Below, piece after piece: positions 23,830 to 37,465 of a stretch of DNA of 64,000 bases. Position 1 is the stretch's first letter; each line of letters opens with the position of its first letter. Under the pieces are notes generated by a model, which did not search any database, was not told the DNA's origin, and saw nothing but the letters and a program-made list of their open reading frames with translations. A program made the translations under genes and the position numbers. The DNA comes from Callorhinchus milii (taxonomy: Eukaryota): the NCBI RefSeq assembly GCF_018977255.1, contig NW_024704743.1:30382001-30446000 (forward strand), given 5' to 3'.

Positions 23830-24430
23830 GGCGAGAGTGCCATGCTGACAATCCTGCTGCTTGCAGAGAGGCAAGCAGCTGCTGCTTAAACTCTGCACCT
23901 CCAATTGGTGGAACCAACGCTCAATGGGAAGGGATGTGTGCCTGAGCTGTGGAGAGGAACATGGTGGCAATGCTCTCATGCATTTTGTGCTGAGATGTAC
24001 TGCCCACCGGGAAGCTCGCAGTGAGTTCCTGATACCTACCATCCACCTAATGAGGGCTCAAACCCACACTTGTCAGATGTCGAACGAGAACTAATGACTA
24101 TCCTCATGGGGGGGAGGTAAGCAGAGTCTCTTTGGAGCTGAACTGACTGAAAGGTGACATATTTGGCAATGGAATGTTGGAACCAAGTTAGTCCTCTGTG
24201 GTGGTCTCGGTAATCCAGTTCCTGAGCCAGGCGGGTACGCAATATTGCAGGGCACTGCAGTGACAGCACAGCCAGCCTGGATAATCCGCAAGACCTGGAG
24301 GGCAGACCATCACTGGTGGCAGGGAATCGTCCCCATCAGCTCCTGTTAACCCTGCAAGCTAAAGCCGTAACGGGTAGGATGGTCCTAGCTGGACAAACAG
24401 TGGGGAAACTTACCAGACAGATAAGACCTT
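23830..24430 (+). mobile_element. Degenerate non-LTR retrotransposon 3' end with CCHC zinc knuckle (clade uncertain, RTEX-like)
   Basis: ORF 23861-24094 contains CLSCGEEHGGNALMHFVLRC (C-x2-C-x10-H-x4-C); further copies at 37225-37465 (-) and 48780-49200 (+). Confidence 0.65.
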
Positions 24431-25459
24431 CAGGACACTTTCTGTCTCCTGCTGCCTCAAGGTGTGCATGGGATGAGGAAGGGAAGCTCAGGGCTCATCC
24501 CGAAGAAGGGAACAGTGGGGTATGAGAGAGAGGATTAAGAGGGATGGAGGCTAGTGTGGTAAGTAAACACCAGAATGGCCTGGTTGGACTGCATTTTCTG
24601 TTTCCATGCTGTGGCAGTCTATGTAATTCTATGTAATCTTCTGTCTCCTATGGCTGATATTTTCCTTAATGCTTTCTAAGTGCATCAGCCCAAATCCTCA
24701 GGCTTTGGGAAGGTGCCAATGTGCAAGATCCAACAAGCGAGGTGACATCTATAGGCTTTCTCGTTTCCTGCTTTCTCTTTTCCTATGCTTCAGAGTTTGG
24801 GTGTCTGATTAGTAGACACCATGCTCTTTCTCTGATTTTTATTCCCTCCTTTTCAGACACATTGACAACATCTGATTGTACTTCAGCTTTGGATAGGTCT
24901 CTTGATGAGCCATCTGTGTGTGCGTGCTGTATTTATATTTTGGAAACTTTGGACTTGCATCATCTGAGAGACAGTTTCTCTTAAAGCTTGTTGTTCAAGA
25001 TATTTAACCAATTTCTGGCAACAAAACTTTCCAGGACATGGATAAAGGGAGAGATTACGCTGGCCCGATAGTCTGGTGAGAAAGATGCCATTGTAATCAT
25101 AAGCCTCACAGATCAGAAGGCAGCAGGTTTCATGCCTGATATGTGCTGTCATCTGCCATGCCAGATGAGGCATTACAATTGTCTAGTGCCTGTTCCTCAG
25201 CAGAGTCAGCAACCTTAGCAGGGAGAAAAGAAGAGGAAATTGTCAAACTAAACTAGACACTAAAAATTGCGTGCTTTACGACATGCAATGTTTTATTAGC
25301 ATTTATATTATGTGACATCATATTGATCAAGTGATTTAATACATACAACCATAAAAAAACTTCACAGCAGAATCCCAGGTCCTAATGGATCAGGCCTATG
25401 CTTTTTCATTTGTTCCACACTTCTTGTGGGTGGTTTTCACTTGATATATATCACTCCAA

Positions 25460-26030
25460 AGGCAGGCCAAAACCCTTACCCATGCTTTTGTCACCCCTTG
25501 CCTTCCTCAGTCATACCATTTACAAGAGCCAGCTAATACAAAACTCTGCTGCCTTTGTCATCACCTGTATCATGCTCCACATGCCCATCACCCCAATCCT
25601 CACCAGGCTCCACAAGCTCCCTGACTCTGAATGGATTGACTTTGAGATCCTTACCCTCAAATACAAATCTCTTCATGCCCTAGCACCTCCCTATCTCACT
25701 GACCTGCTTGTACCCCACGCCTCTGCCCACCCCCTTTGCTCAGCCAACACAGGCCTGTAACACTCACCTGACCCCTCTGCTCCACCATCGGTGGCTGAGC
25801 CTTCAGACACTGTACCTCTAACCTCTGGAACTTCCTGCCTCAACCCCAAAACCTAACCTCTATTTATCTGCCTTTAAATTACACCTGAAAACCTACCTTT
25901 GCAACCTTGCCCATAGTCACCTCCCATTTCTCCTTCTTCCTTGCTTGATGTCCGACTCCGCCTCTGTGAAGTGCTCCAAGATGTTATCCTATGTGAAGGG
26001 TGCTAAATGAATATAAGGTGTTGTTGTATT
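25460..26030 (+). mobile_element. L2 3' fragment
   Basis: QLIQNSAA...PITPILTRLHKLP...IDFEILTL; tail ending TGTTGTTG. Confidence 0.85.
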
Positions 26031-27139
26031 CCCACAGCCCTTTGCGATCTAGATTTTGGAAATGTTCATTTTAGTCCAGACATTTCTGACACTGACTAGT
26101 TGTAGATAACTGACTCTTTGAGTCCATAATTTCATCTCATCTTTCTTGAATGTTATTGAAATGTAAAACTGATGCCGCCTGAGAATAACTTGAGTGCAAA
26201 CCATTTTCCTTCACTTAATGTCTGTGGAATTAAGTCAGACTCATTAATGATCATCAAGTGTGTACCTCTGGTTGCCAAGCAATTTAATTTGAATTAATGA
26301 GGTGCAAATTGTGACCTATGATGTGTTAAATATCACAGGTCGCAACTTCCCCTCCATGTATGTTCTGTTGAATTTGATGACTTGCTGTCAGTGGCAAATA
26401 ACCAGCTAGAAATACAGCATAAATACAGGAAAACAGTAGTTCAATGGTAACTATGCATCCCAACCATTGTAGCTGCCACCAAATATGTTTCATCAAATTA
26501 GGAGGGAGCAATCAATTGTCTTAATATTATTAATAGGAAGCAACTAAAATGGGTAATTATTTTTTTCAGACAAAATTCATTTATAGTGGAAAACCCAGGT
26601 TATAGTGGAAGTGGAAAACCCAGGTTTCCACTGAATCAAATAATGGAAATATTAAATCATAGAGTCGAAGTATACTCTGTTTTAATCCCTGGTGTTGTGT
26701 TTATTACTGCAGGCAAAGGACCCCTAGGTGGTAATAATAATCCTTATATTTTACATGGCAACTTTCATGTTGAAAAGCACTTCACAGAATATACTGTAAA
26801 GTGAACTGACTATACATTTTGTTGGGAAGCGCGATTTGGGCACATCAATGTTCCACAAAGAGGGACCTGGTCCTTGACCAGGACACCAGGAGAAACCACC
26901 TTCTCTTTTTGAATAGTGCTATGATCTTCAACTTGTGCCTGAACAGTTTGCTTTAATTCTCCCTTCTCAGAGGTAGAATTTACGTTAATACACACCTTGC
27001 CTGAAAAGCAAAGCAAAGATGGCAGCAATAAAGGTTTGAAAGGAAGAGACAATCACCTTGGAAGGATGCATTACTAGCAAATAGCTTGGTATGCTGACAT
27101 GGTGTTATATGGATGCCAGGCAAAACATCTGAATTTTTT

Positions 27140-27370
27140 ACTCCGCAGAACATTACAGCACAGAAACAAGCCATTTGACACCAAGTCTGCACTGGTGTCT
27201 TTCTCCATACAAGTGAATCAAATCCTATTCTCCTGTTCACTCCCCATATACTGTACTTTAATTGTCTTATGCTTCAAGCATCCACTTCCCTTTTTATAGA
27301 ATTGATGGACTCTGCTTTAACTATGGCTTTCAATGGAAAATTCCACATTCAAATCATCTTCTGTGTAAAA
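27140..27370 (-). mobile_element. CR1 3' fragment
   Basis: CAGCACAGAAACAAGCCATT 3' UTR motif, reverse complement of 30427-30447. Confidence 0.55.
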
Positions 27371-27726
27371 TAATTTAACTTCAGAGCAAGCCAAACTGAA
27401 GCTGTCTTACGCATCTCCAGTTTGGAGTGAATATTCTGGTATCTCAACAATCAGATTCGAACTTTGCTGCACAATAGGTGACTTTAAATTGTCTTCTTCT
27501 ATTAATATATGGTATGAATTAACTGCTATTTTTCATGCAAAAACAATGAACATGCAACAAGCCAGTAATTTAATGTCAACCATGTCAACCAGCTATGACT
27601 ATGAACCCTCTGGGATGGCACCTCATTTTGGGTCACAAAAATGCTACTGAGCCTCTACCTATTTTAAAATAATTGCCAGTCTGTACTATTGCTTTAGCTC
27701 TTTAAGTATTGCTCTAACTGCTGACC

Positions 27727-28330
27727 AACAACAACAACAAAATGACATTTGTATAGCACCTTTCACGTCGGGAGGACATCCCAAGGAACTGGACAATCAG
27801 TGTTTCGGACCCAAGATGGGGGTTGGGATTGGGGAGGATGGAGGGCGGGGGGGAAAAGAGGTAGACCAAAGGCACGGTCGAAGAGGAGGGTCTTGAGACA
27901 GTAGAAAAGGAGGCAAGGGAGGGGTGCGAGGTGGAGGGACTGCGCCATGGAGTTTCAGAGGTTGGGGGCAGAGTGGCTGAAGGCCCGCCTGCCAATGTTG
28001 GGGCAGGCGAAGTGGGGACATGAAGCAGGCCGCAGTCCGCTGAGCAGAGGGAGCAGGCAGGTTGGTAGAGGGTTAGAAGGTCACAGAGGTAAGGGGAGCA
28101 AGGCTACGGAGGGCTTTGAAGGTGAGGACCAGGATCTTGAACTGTATCCTCTGTGTGATGGGAAGGCAGTGGAGTCGGGCGAGGATGAGGGTGATAGGGT
28201 GGAGCCTGATGCGGGAGATGACACGGGCTGCAGAGTTCTGGATGATCTACAGCCTGTGGAGGGAGAAGTTGGGGAGGCCAACAAGCAGGGAGTTTGCATA
28301 GTTGAGCCTGGATGTTATGAATGCGTGTAT
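27727..28330 (-). mobile_element. L2 3' fragment
   Basis: (CAA)n tail, TTTCACGTCGGGAGGACATCCCAAGG stem-loop, colinear with 32398-33010. Confidence 0.9.
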
Positions 28331-28849
28331 GAGACAGCACTAATAACACCAAGAATTTACATTAATTTCACATAAATAAGTCTCAAAGCACTTAGTCTAC
28401 TAATATAGATGTTGCCTGTCTTGACTTTCAAATCAAAGGTTTGGCCTTGTCGGTCTGTGTGCTTGTAAGCTTCTTGTTGACTGTGTACACTGCTTGAGGA
28501 GCTGTTCTATGACTGCTACCCTGGCAAGTCTGGCTACTTATTTAACTGCGAAGGTCTTTGCAGACCCATTAAGATGATATCTCTGTCTGCTTCAGTATTG
28601 CAGTACTTAACTACAAAGAATAAAACAAAGGGAGGCAAGCACCAGTGAAGCATCCAAAGAGATATAAAATTGCACCAATTTTTGGAGGAGAATGAATAGT
28701 TCAGCATATAATGGATATGATAAGTAATAGAAAATGAAGTCTAATTTTCTTATATTCATCAGATGTTGTAGAATGGTTCAATTTCACAAATGCAACTGCT
28801 TCTCTGTTATTACCCCTTGCTCGCTTTTTCAATGAACACAAGCCAGCTT

Positions 28850-29170
28850 CATATTCGGCCAACACGGACCTGCTTTCTGTTCTGCCTGCTTCATGTCCCC
28901 CGCTCTATCCAACCTGCCATTAACGGGTGGCCTTTCAACTGTTCTGCCACTGCTTAATGGAACTCCATCCCAGAATCCATCCAACTCCCTCCCTTCCTGC
29001 CTCCCTTTCTCCTTCTCAAGTCGCACTTGTTTGACTGCATTTCAGTCAACTTTCCCCTCTCCACCCCTTTCAGCTCGTACCCCCAGCTCGGGTGCCCAGC
29101 CAGCAGAGCCAAGCACTTTCAGACATCCTCCCAACATGAAAGGTGCTCTGTAAATGTAAATTGCATTGTA
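28850..29170 (+). mobile_element. L2 3' fragment, diverged
   Basis: Ends GACATCCTCCCAACATGAAAGGTGCTCTGTAAATG. Confidence 0.7.
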
Positions 29171-30099
29171 TTATGACTAGCACAGCCTCAATATCATAGC
29201 AGTAAATGCTTCTACATGACTAGATGTAAAACAAGCACTGAACACAAAAACAGTGGAAAGTTTAAGTTAATATAAAAGTGAAAATGCAAAAATGCTGACG
29301 GGTTCTAGTTAACTTGCGCACTCAGTTACCATGCTGCTTGCTGTAAATGTGAACCATTCTCCCAGTCTTCAGTGATCCTGGAAACCGTGACATGCCCTTG
29401 CAGCTTACACAGATAAACTGAGAGGACATTGTTTTCAAGACATGAATAACCTAGGTCATTCACAACTCTGAATTCATTACCTACTTTTGTGTGGTGTCCT
29501 GTACTAAACAATCCAGCACAATCTTATGCATGTGTGTTGTGTTTTCATACTTAAAAAACAATGACATTTCCTTAAACCCTCAGAATTTACAATTCAAACT
29601 TTAACAAACAATGTTGTGGTGTTTTCAACTCAACAAAAGGACAAAACCTTGCATTCAGGCCAGTTAATGAATACAGTTGAGGGCTCTGGAAGGGCAGTAT
29701 TGAAGCGTAAAGCATGCAGATACAAAGTTTGACTAGACAGACAGCTAGGGCTGTCTTGATGTGGCATTTGGCAGTACAATAATCATTCATAAAGAACCAG
29801 CTATTTCAATGATTAAGATATTACAGAAGTCATTTTTCAGTGAAACCTAACCTTGTTTGTCGGTATTAAAAGGCTTTGGAATGATCTTTTAAAGGGGATT
29901 TGGTTTAAACTTTTGATAATTATCATCAGTGATTATCATAAAGAAAGGAGTTTTTGTCTGCTGAAGGGAACAGTTCCCATTATTCTGTCCAGGCTCATCA
30001 CCCACGCCTGCAAGTTCAGGAGGTCAAAAGACAATCTTTTGGATGAAGTTTCAGAATGTATTTATAGTGGAGTGCCCAATAGCTCCACTAATGAGAGTT

Positions 30100-30470
30100 G
30101 ACCCTTATGGTTATGAAAACAATAAGGTAGTTAGGTCACTGCCAAAAACAGAGTATATGATATGAGTAAAATCATGACCAGGGGACACAAGTATAAAATA
30201 GTGACCAAGAGATCTAAAGGAGAATTTAGAAGGAACTTCTTCACAAAGGGGTAGTGAGATTGTGGAACTCGCTGCCCGAAGCAGTGGTTGAATCAGATAG
30301 TATAAATGCATTTTGGAGGAAGCTAGATATCCCAAAAAGGAAAATGGAATTGAAAGGTATAGGAGGGAGTAAGGAGTGGGTGGAGATTCATATGGAGTGA
30401 AATACCAGCACCAACTAGTTGGGCCAAATGGCCTGTTTCAGTGCTGTGCAGTCCATGTAAATCTATGTAA
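30100..30470 (+). mobile_element. CR1 3' fragment
   Basis: ACCAGGGGACACAAGTATAAAAT (TRGH-like), AACTTCTTCAC, GGGCCAAATGGCCTGTTTC and a CTATGTAA-type tail. Confidence 0.8.
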
Positions 30471-32099
30471 ATAAAATGCAACCAGGAAGTATGATATTGT
30501 GAATGCTACTCATTTTGCAGATTTATATTCTACCATTAGGGAAACATTAAATTAAACTTAATTTCTTCAGCTAATTACAGCCCTCCTTAAAGGGCATCTT
30601 TTGCTTAGCACTGTGCAGCCTTTGCCTCTGATATTACCACTCAGCATAAGTTTTATGAGAGAATCATGGAGTCAGCGTTCTTGTTCCAAACCATTCCTTT
30701 TTAATAGGACATGTCACCCAGTATCACAGCAACAAACCATTAAATGGAATAGTTACAGTACTTTCAGGCTTCAGGCCACCATTCTCACACTTTCAATTTT
30801 CCACACATCTGTGTATGATTTATAATTTAGATTTATTCCTGTGGTTCTGGTGTTCCTTAAAAATATTTCCTTGGTTCATTAATTTGAAGAAAGAATCTGA
30901 TTAACTTATATGAAAAAAAAGTGAGCACATGCATCTCCAATAATCACTGGCAGACTAAGTTCCTGTTTTCAGGCAGACAGGACCCACTTATTGCATAGGT
31001 CAGTTGCTGAATTGTCTCATGCCTGCTGGCTTAGCATTCCTTTGGACAGGCACTGAAACCTGGCATGATAAAAGATATTATTGTGTAGTTAGCCTTCATT
31101 TTAGATCGTGTTGCAATATACAGCCTTGGTAAGACCAATAAACTGGGCACTACCATTAAACATTGCCCTGAACATCTATAAATGGATTGTCTGTCCTTTT
31201 AGCAAATCAATATTAACTGCTTTCTCATCTTATTTCATCTACTTCTATGCTGTCTTGAGGCCGTCATCCAACCTCCCACTGGGACTACTATACATTAATA
31301 TTTGTTACTGCTACTTTCCTGAAGAGCTTCTAAAGTACTTAAAGGGGAGGTACCGCCATGAAAATGCTGGACAAGCCTTTTTAGAACTGAAGGAGGAGAA
31401 AAAGCCACAAACCACAACATCCTTCAACCATTTACGTCATGGTGACATCAGACTCAAATGATACAATGAAGCTTTGTTTCAAAACGTTCAATAATACAAA
31501 TTGAATTGCAAATAAAAAGCTTGTCAAACTGAATTTTGCGAAGATGGTTTCCATCTAAGAGAGAAGTACTTTAGAAATCTTGTACTGTCGCCATCATAAA
31601 TAGGTTAACTTTAATGATTCATTGAGTAGAGTTGTATTGTGTGCTCAGTGAGCTATTTTCTAGCATTCAGAATATCAGAATATAAAAATTGTTTTCAGAT
31701 CACTGGTGGTAGGTTGAGACCAAATTATGATTTATTTCCGTTGGTTGATGGTGTCTGTGGTGAATTAAACTTTTCGTGGACAGATAAAAATGAATTCGCT
31801 CCACACTTGAACAATGAGTTCAAACATATGGAGACTCCATCGATCTTGTAGTATAGGCTTTGACTAACAGATGACTCCTGCAATAAACAATAACCCCACA
31901 TAAAGAAACATTACCAACTCTCACTAACATACAACTACAGAAATGGGTTGTAACTTTCACAAGAAAGGTTCAGACGAAGGCAGCTGTTAAGACCATCGGA
32001 TCTCACTCTTCCAGAATACTCCACCTACCCTGTCATCTTCCCAATACAGCATCAAGCTATTCCTTAAAAATATACCCAGCATCCTGGTTTCAATTGGAT

Positions 32100-32218
32100 G
32101 CTGTGTTTCACCCACAAAATATGCAGCCAATTTACTTTGCAGTATATTCTGTGAAAGGCTTTGAGATGTCTCGAAGATGTGATAAGGCGCTTTATCAAAT
32201 GCAAGGATTATTATTATT
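32100..32218 (+). mobile_element. SINE-A 3' fragment
   Basis: Ends TCAAATGCAAGGATTATTATTATT. Confidence 0.8.
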
Positions 32219-32397
32219 GAACCATTCTTATTAGCAGCCTGTTCCATTAGTTAGTTACTCGCTGTATAAAAAAGTACATCCAGATGCCCGTCCTGAAATT
32301 TCCCTTCGCAACCATGAACCCACTTGTCCTGCCACCTTGACATATCTGAAAGTCTTGTTCTAGGTTTAGTTTCTCTATCCATAGGAATGTGTAGCAT

Positions 32398-33760
32398 ACA
32401 ACAACAACAAGATTCCATTTATAGAGCGCCTTTCACGTCGGGAGGACGTCCCAAGGCGCTGGACAGTTGGGTCAGGACCCGAGCAGGGGGAAATGGTCAG
32501 GGTGAGGGGAGGGAAGGGAGGGAGCGAGGAGGGGGTAGAGAATCGAGAGGGGAGCTGAAGGCCCGGTCAAAGAGAAAGGTCTTGAGACCAGCCTTGAAGG
32601 GGGGGAGGCGGCGAAGGCACTGGGGGATAGAGTTCCAGAGCCTGGGGGCTGAGAGGCTGAAGGCCCGGCCACCGATAGTAGGGCGGTTGGGGCGGGGGAT
32701 GTGGAGCAGACCGGAGCCAGAGGAACGGAGGGTACGGGCAGGTAGGTAGGGGGATAGTAGGTCGGAGAGGTAGGAGGGAGCAAGGCCGTGAATGGCCTTG
32801 TAGGTGAGGATGAGGATCTTGAATTCGATCCTCTGGGGAATGGGGAGCCAGTGGAGGCGAGCGAGGGTGGGAGTGATGTGGTCCCGAAGCCTGGTGCGGG
32901 ACAGTACATGAGCTGCAGAGTTCTGAATGACCTGCAGCTTGTGGAGGGAGGTGCCGGGAAGGCCGGCGAGGAGAGAGTTCCCATAGTCCAGCCTTGAGGT
33001 GATAAAGGCGTGGACCAGAGTTTCAGCAGCGTGAGGGGTGAGGTAGTGCCATAGTCTGGCGACATTCCGGAGGTGATGGAAGGCGGTGCCAGTTGTGATG
33101 CGGATATGAGGGAGAAACGACAGCTCAGGGTCGAACAGAACGCCGAGGTTCCTGACTGGCTTTGAGAGGTGGAGAGTGCAGCCTTGGATGCTGATGCTGT
33201 CAGCGCCTGAGGTGCGGAGGCGCTGACGCGAGCCAATCAGGAGGGCCTCAGTTTTACGCACGTTGAGCTGAAGAAAGTTGTCTCTCGTCCAGGACTTGAT
33301 GTCGGACAGGCTGTCAGGACATCGGTGGTCGTGGAGTTGAGGGTAGAGGAGGAAAGGTAGAGTTGGGTGTCATCCGCATACATGTGGAAGTTAACCCCAT
33401 GTCTGCAGATGATGTCACCAAGGGGGAGCATAGAGAGGGTGAAGAGGAGGGGACCGAGGACAGAGCCTTGAGGGACACCACACGAGACAGTGCGGGGGCC
33501 GGAGGAAAAACCATTCGTGGAAACAAAGTGAAGACGGTGGGAGAGGTACGACCTAAACCACTCAAGGACAGGGCCTTGAAGGTTTAGGTGGGAGGACAAG
33601 CGGTGGAGGAGGATAGCATAGTCGACCGTATCGAATGCTGCCAATAGGTCGAGGAGGCAGAGGGAGCCCTGGTCACAGATGGTCAGGATGTCATTGGTGA
33701 CCTTGACCAGGGCAGTTTCTGTGCTATGGGCAGCATGGAAACCCGACTGAAGGGGTTCGC
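32398..33760 (-). mobile_element. Young L2-clade LINE, 5'-truncated (~1.36 kb)
   Basis: GC/CpG-rich; starts in RT at [24 protein letters not shown]; 3' stem-loop plus (TTG)n tail. Confidence 0.95.
32497..33760 (-). pseudogene. Frameshifted L2 ORF2 reverse transcriptase C-terminal half
   Basis: [30 protein letters not shown] in ORF 33237-33644; [23 protein letters not shown] in ORF 32497-33261; frames differ. Confidence 0.9.
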
Positions 33761-35139
33761 ATAAAAGAAGACCATTTGGTGAATAAGGTCAAGAAAGAAA
33801 CTGGGAAAATCCTACGTAACATCTTTCACACTTCTATAAGATCACCTCCAAGACACCACTTTGTGAGGCTGGAGATCCATAGTTTATCTCGGTATTCCTT
33901 GTAGTTCATCCTTCTAATTGACATCAGCTTTGATGCTATACCCTGGTCTGCCTCCGCAGGGTTAGACAGTCCCCTAATGAATATTACAACTTGAATTTTT
34001 TGTTTTATGCAATTTTAAATTCATGCCTTAGCTGTCTTGTTAATAAAATTCAATCTGAACAAAGGACACAAACCCAAATTGAATTCCATAAACAGATGGG
34101 TGATTTATGACTTTTATCCAATATGTAGGTGAATAGATAGCGACTTTCATCAACTGTGAATTATGACATTATTATTTGTACATGTTAAGTAAAAGTTATA
34201 GCTTATTCATCTATTCGTTCCAACAGCACGACAAAGGTGTACAAGAACTCCTGAATACCATTCATTTCATGGCTGTTTATGGGAAGCTGCTGTGTGCACA
34301 TTGGCTGCTGCATTTGCCCATAAAATACCCAGTCATTATGCATTATATAGTATATCCTGTGAAGCATTGGAGATGTCCTCCTGACATGAAAGGCACTCCA
34401 TCAAATACAATATATATTATTATTATAATTGCTATTGTATAAAGGAAAGGTATATCAACAACAACAACAACTTGCATTAAATAGCGCCCCTCATGCAGGG
34501 CAGCATCCCAGAGCGCTTGCATATCTAATATATTTGGTTGAAAATCACTTTGACAATGCAGTGTTCTCCCAGCAGAGGCTAGAGTGGCACCAACTGAGCC
34601 AGGCTGACAAGAGCCATATTATTGAGGTAACTTGGTGCACCCATTTCATGTTCTGCAACCTCCATTAGTAACAAAATCCATACTTAAAACTTGTCGATCT
34701 GTTTGTAAGTGCAAGTTGTTGTTTTCAGAAGGGAGCTGAAAACGTCATGACATTATTTGAAAAGAGAAAGGAGTGTCCCGCAGTACCCAAAGGCCAACAA
34801 TGATCATTCACCTCATTGCTGTTTGTAGTACCTCACTGGTACTAAATGGCTACCACATTTTTCTGCAGAAATAGTCACTACACTCGACAGTAATCACCTG
34901 CAAAGTACTTCCAAATACTTAAAACATGTTTCGTTGCTAAAATGCAAGTCCTTTCTTCATGATTGGAATCAACATTCTAGCATTCCTAAACACATTCTAT
35001 TCCTAAATTAAGAAATGTCATTGATATGCCTTTTGAACTCTCCTCCCAACCCCCAGACACTAAATTCAAAATAGTGCCTAAAGTTGGCTGGAAATGCTAC
35101 GAGACAGACCATGCCATTTCTATAATATTGGGAACAACA

Positions 35140-35430
35140 TTTTGTTCACAGCACATTCCCACCAGAAACTGTAAGGTTAATGACCTTTGTTGTTGGGAGG
35201 ATTGTTGGCCAATAGACTGTGATAACTCCCTTTCCTTTTCAAATCTTTAATTTCCACCTGAAAATCAGGCAGATGGAACCTTGGTTTAACATCTCATCCA
35301 AAACACAGCAGCTTCGACAAAGCAGTGCTTTGCCCACTGCACCAGAGTCAACTATCAATAAAATGTCCTTATATGGGGCTCAAACTCATAACCTGCTGAT
35401 TTAGAAGCAAGTCCACTGAACCAAGCTAAT
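35140..35430 (-). mobile_element. Deu-domain SINE fragment
   Basis: CTTGGTTTAACATCTCATCCAAAA...CACTGAACCAAGCT. Confidence 0.65.
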
Positions 35431-35639
35431 ACTATGTATTAATTCTGTAAAACTCCACTCCATTCAGAAGAAAGGAAGGAAAGTCAAACACATCATCCCA
35501 CATTATGTCCACAGCCAACTTAACAGATACTTGAGAATATGATAACTTTCCATCTGGCTAATCCAGGAAGACCAAGGGAAGGGTAAACAAAAAGCTACAA
35601 AATTTGTGACAAGTAAAAAATGCAGAAAATGAGCAATAA

Positions 35640-35950
35640 AAAATAATAATTATTGCCCTTGATATAGCACCTTATCACTTCAAAACGTCTCAAAGAGCTT
35701 TGTTTTGTGTAAGGTGAGGTGACTGTATTTGAGGGTCAAAGCTGCAATCAATTTGTTCACAGTGACGTCCGCAAATAAATATGAAGAAAGAACCATTTCT
35801 TTTTAATCTGGAGGATTTTTGGCCACAACACCAGGACAAACTCCCTTCTTTTTCCAAATAGTGCCATGGGATCTTTAACCACCACTTGAATAGGTAGGTG
35901 AGACCTCAGTTTAGAGTCTAACCTGAAGGACAGCAGCTTTGACAATGCAT
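35640..35950 (-). mobile_element. Deu-domain SINE fragment
   Basis: GTGCCATGGGATCTTTAACCACCAC...GAAGGACAGCAGCTTTGACAATGC. Confidence 0.7.
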
Positions 35951-37224
35951 ATTTTAATGGCACAATATAATTTTAAATCTTGCCCAATATGTTAGTGATC
36001 CTATCTGGCAAGATTTTTCAAACACTCATCAAAAATCCATTTTCCAACTTACAATACTGAAAACATTTGCTTCATGGAACAAAATCCAATAAGACTTGAC
36101 CGCAAGGTTTAAAAGAAACAAAGTGCAGCCAGCAAGACTTCATGAATCTTCTCAGTCTATCAACACTTTAAAGGCGCATAGAGAAAATAACACAGCTGCA
36201 GCCGGGATAAAGCTCGGAAGGTCAAATGTCAATGCCTGCATCTGCATCTGCACAGAGCGTGGAAAAGTAAAGGGTTTTATTTTGCAACTCAGCACTATTT
36301 TAGAAAGAACAGATACTAACTTAATTACCACCTTCTGTCTTTTGTGCTGGAGTTCCTCTATGGAACATAAATCAATATCTAAGGTCACATTGAAAAAAAA
36401 CCAAAATGTTTTTTTTGCTCCCTTCAACGCAGTTTAGTACAACAGCTTGTCTGTGACCTCATTAAAATGGCTGTGAAAGAAGAGAATGAAACAACAGACT
36501 TTAAAAGGTCACTGACATGATCGATTTCCTCTGAAAGATTCTCTGCATCCAATTTTTCCCTACATGTCTGGGCCAGATAATACTTGCACAGGTGTAAATC
36601 TGGATTTACACCCAAACTTTCTTTCCATGAATTGGCAGAATAGTCTTTTTCTGTGCTTTAAATTTCAATGACTGTCATTCTCTCTCTCTCCCCTTCCCAC
36701 AGACATACAGAAACAAGCACAGGTACTTGCCGCCACTTGACTAAATGCAAGAGGCAGTGCCAGCGCTAATTGAGATAGAATGCTATTCAACCTACCCAAT
36801 CATTATGCTGCATCCCAGCAAAAGTTGAATTGGTCCCATTTTTTTATCTGAAGACACAACCACAATTGCAATGTAAATTGTGTGCATTACAGCTACTTTT
36901 TTTTGTACCATACAACTGGTATCATTTTATGGGAAAAGAGGATTTCCGCAACACTCCAGAAACTAATGTGCAGTATCCTATTTCATTTAGAAAAAAAATG
37001 CAAATAAAAGAGAAATAAACAAATTGCCATAATGGCTTAGTTGGTGGAGGTAATTTTCAGCATGAACGAAGTCACATGTAACAAGAGTCTCTGGTTGAAT
37101 TATTGCCCTTTGCTGGGTTTGTAACTGATCTCAGCCAGGGTGGTGGTAAATGGTGGATTGGCCTCAGTACTAAGGTGGTAAAAAGTATAAATCTGCATCA
37201 TTCCAGTTTCTGCTCTATGGTAAG

Positions 37225-37465
37225 TACTTACATCTGGATGTCAGATGAGGACAGCAGCAGATTTGATTCCTCTAGTGGGACAGCATCTGGGTATCAGGAA
37301 CTCCCTGCAAGCTTCCTGGTGAGCAGCACAAGTCAGCATGAAATGCTTGACAGCACAGAACTATCTTCCTGCTCACAATTCAGATGCACATCCCGACCCA
37401 TTGAGCAATGGTTCCACCAGATGGAAGTGCAGAGCTTGAGCAGCAATTTCTATCATCTCCATACA
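37225..37465 (-). mobile_element. CCHC non-LTR family fragment
   Basis: Reverse complement aligns with 23870-24110 (CTCTGCAC.TCCA..TGGTGGAACCA..GCTCAATGGG; GAGTTCCTGATACC). Confidence 0.75.

Noticed and set aside
32472..33236. 254-aa Ser/Pro-rich ORF
   Set aside because: Alternative frame of the GC-rich L2 ORF2.
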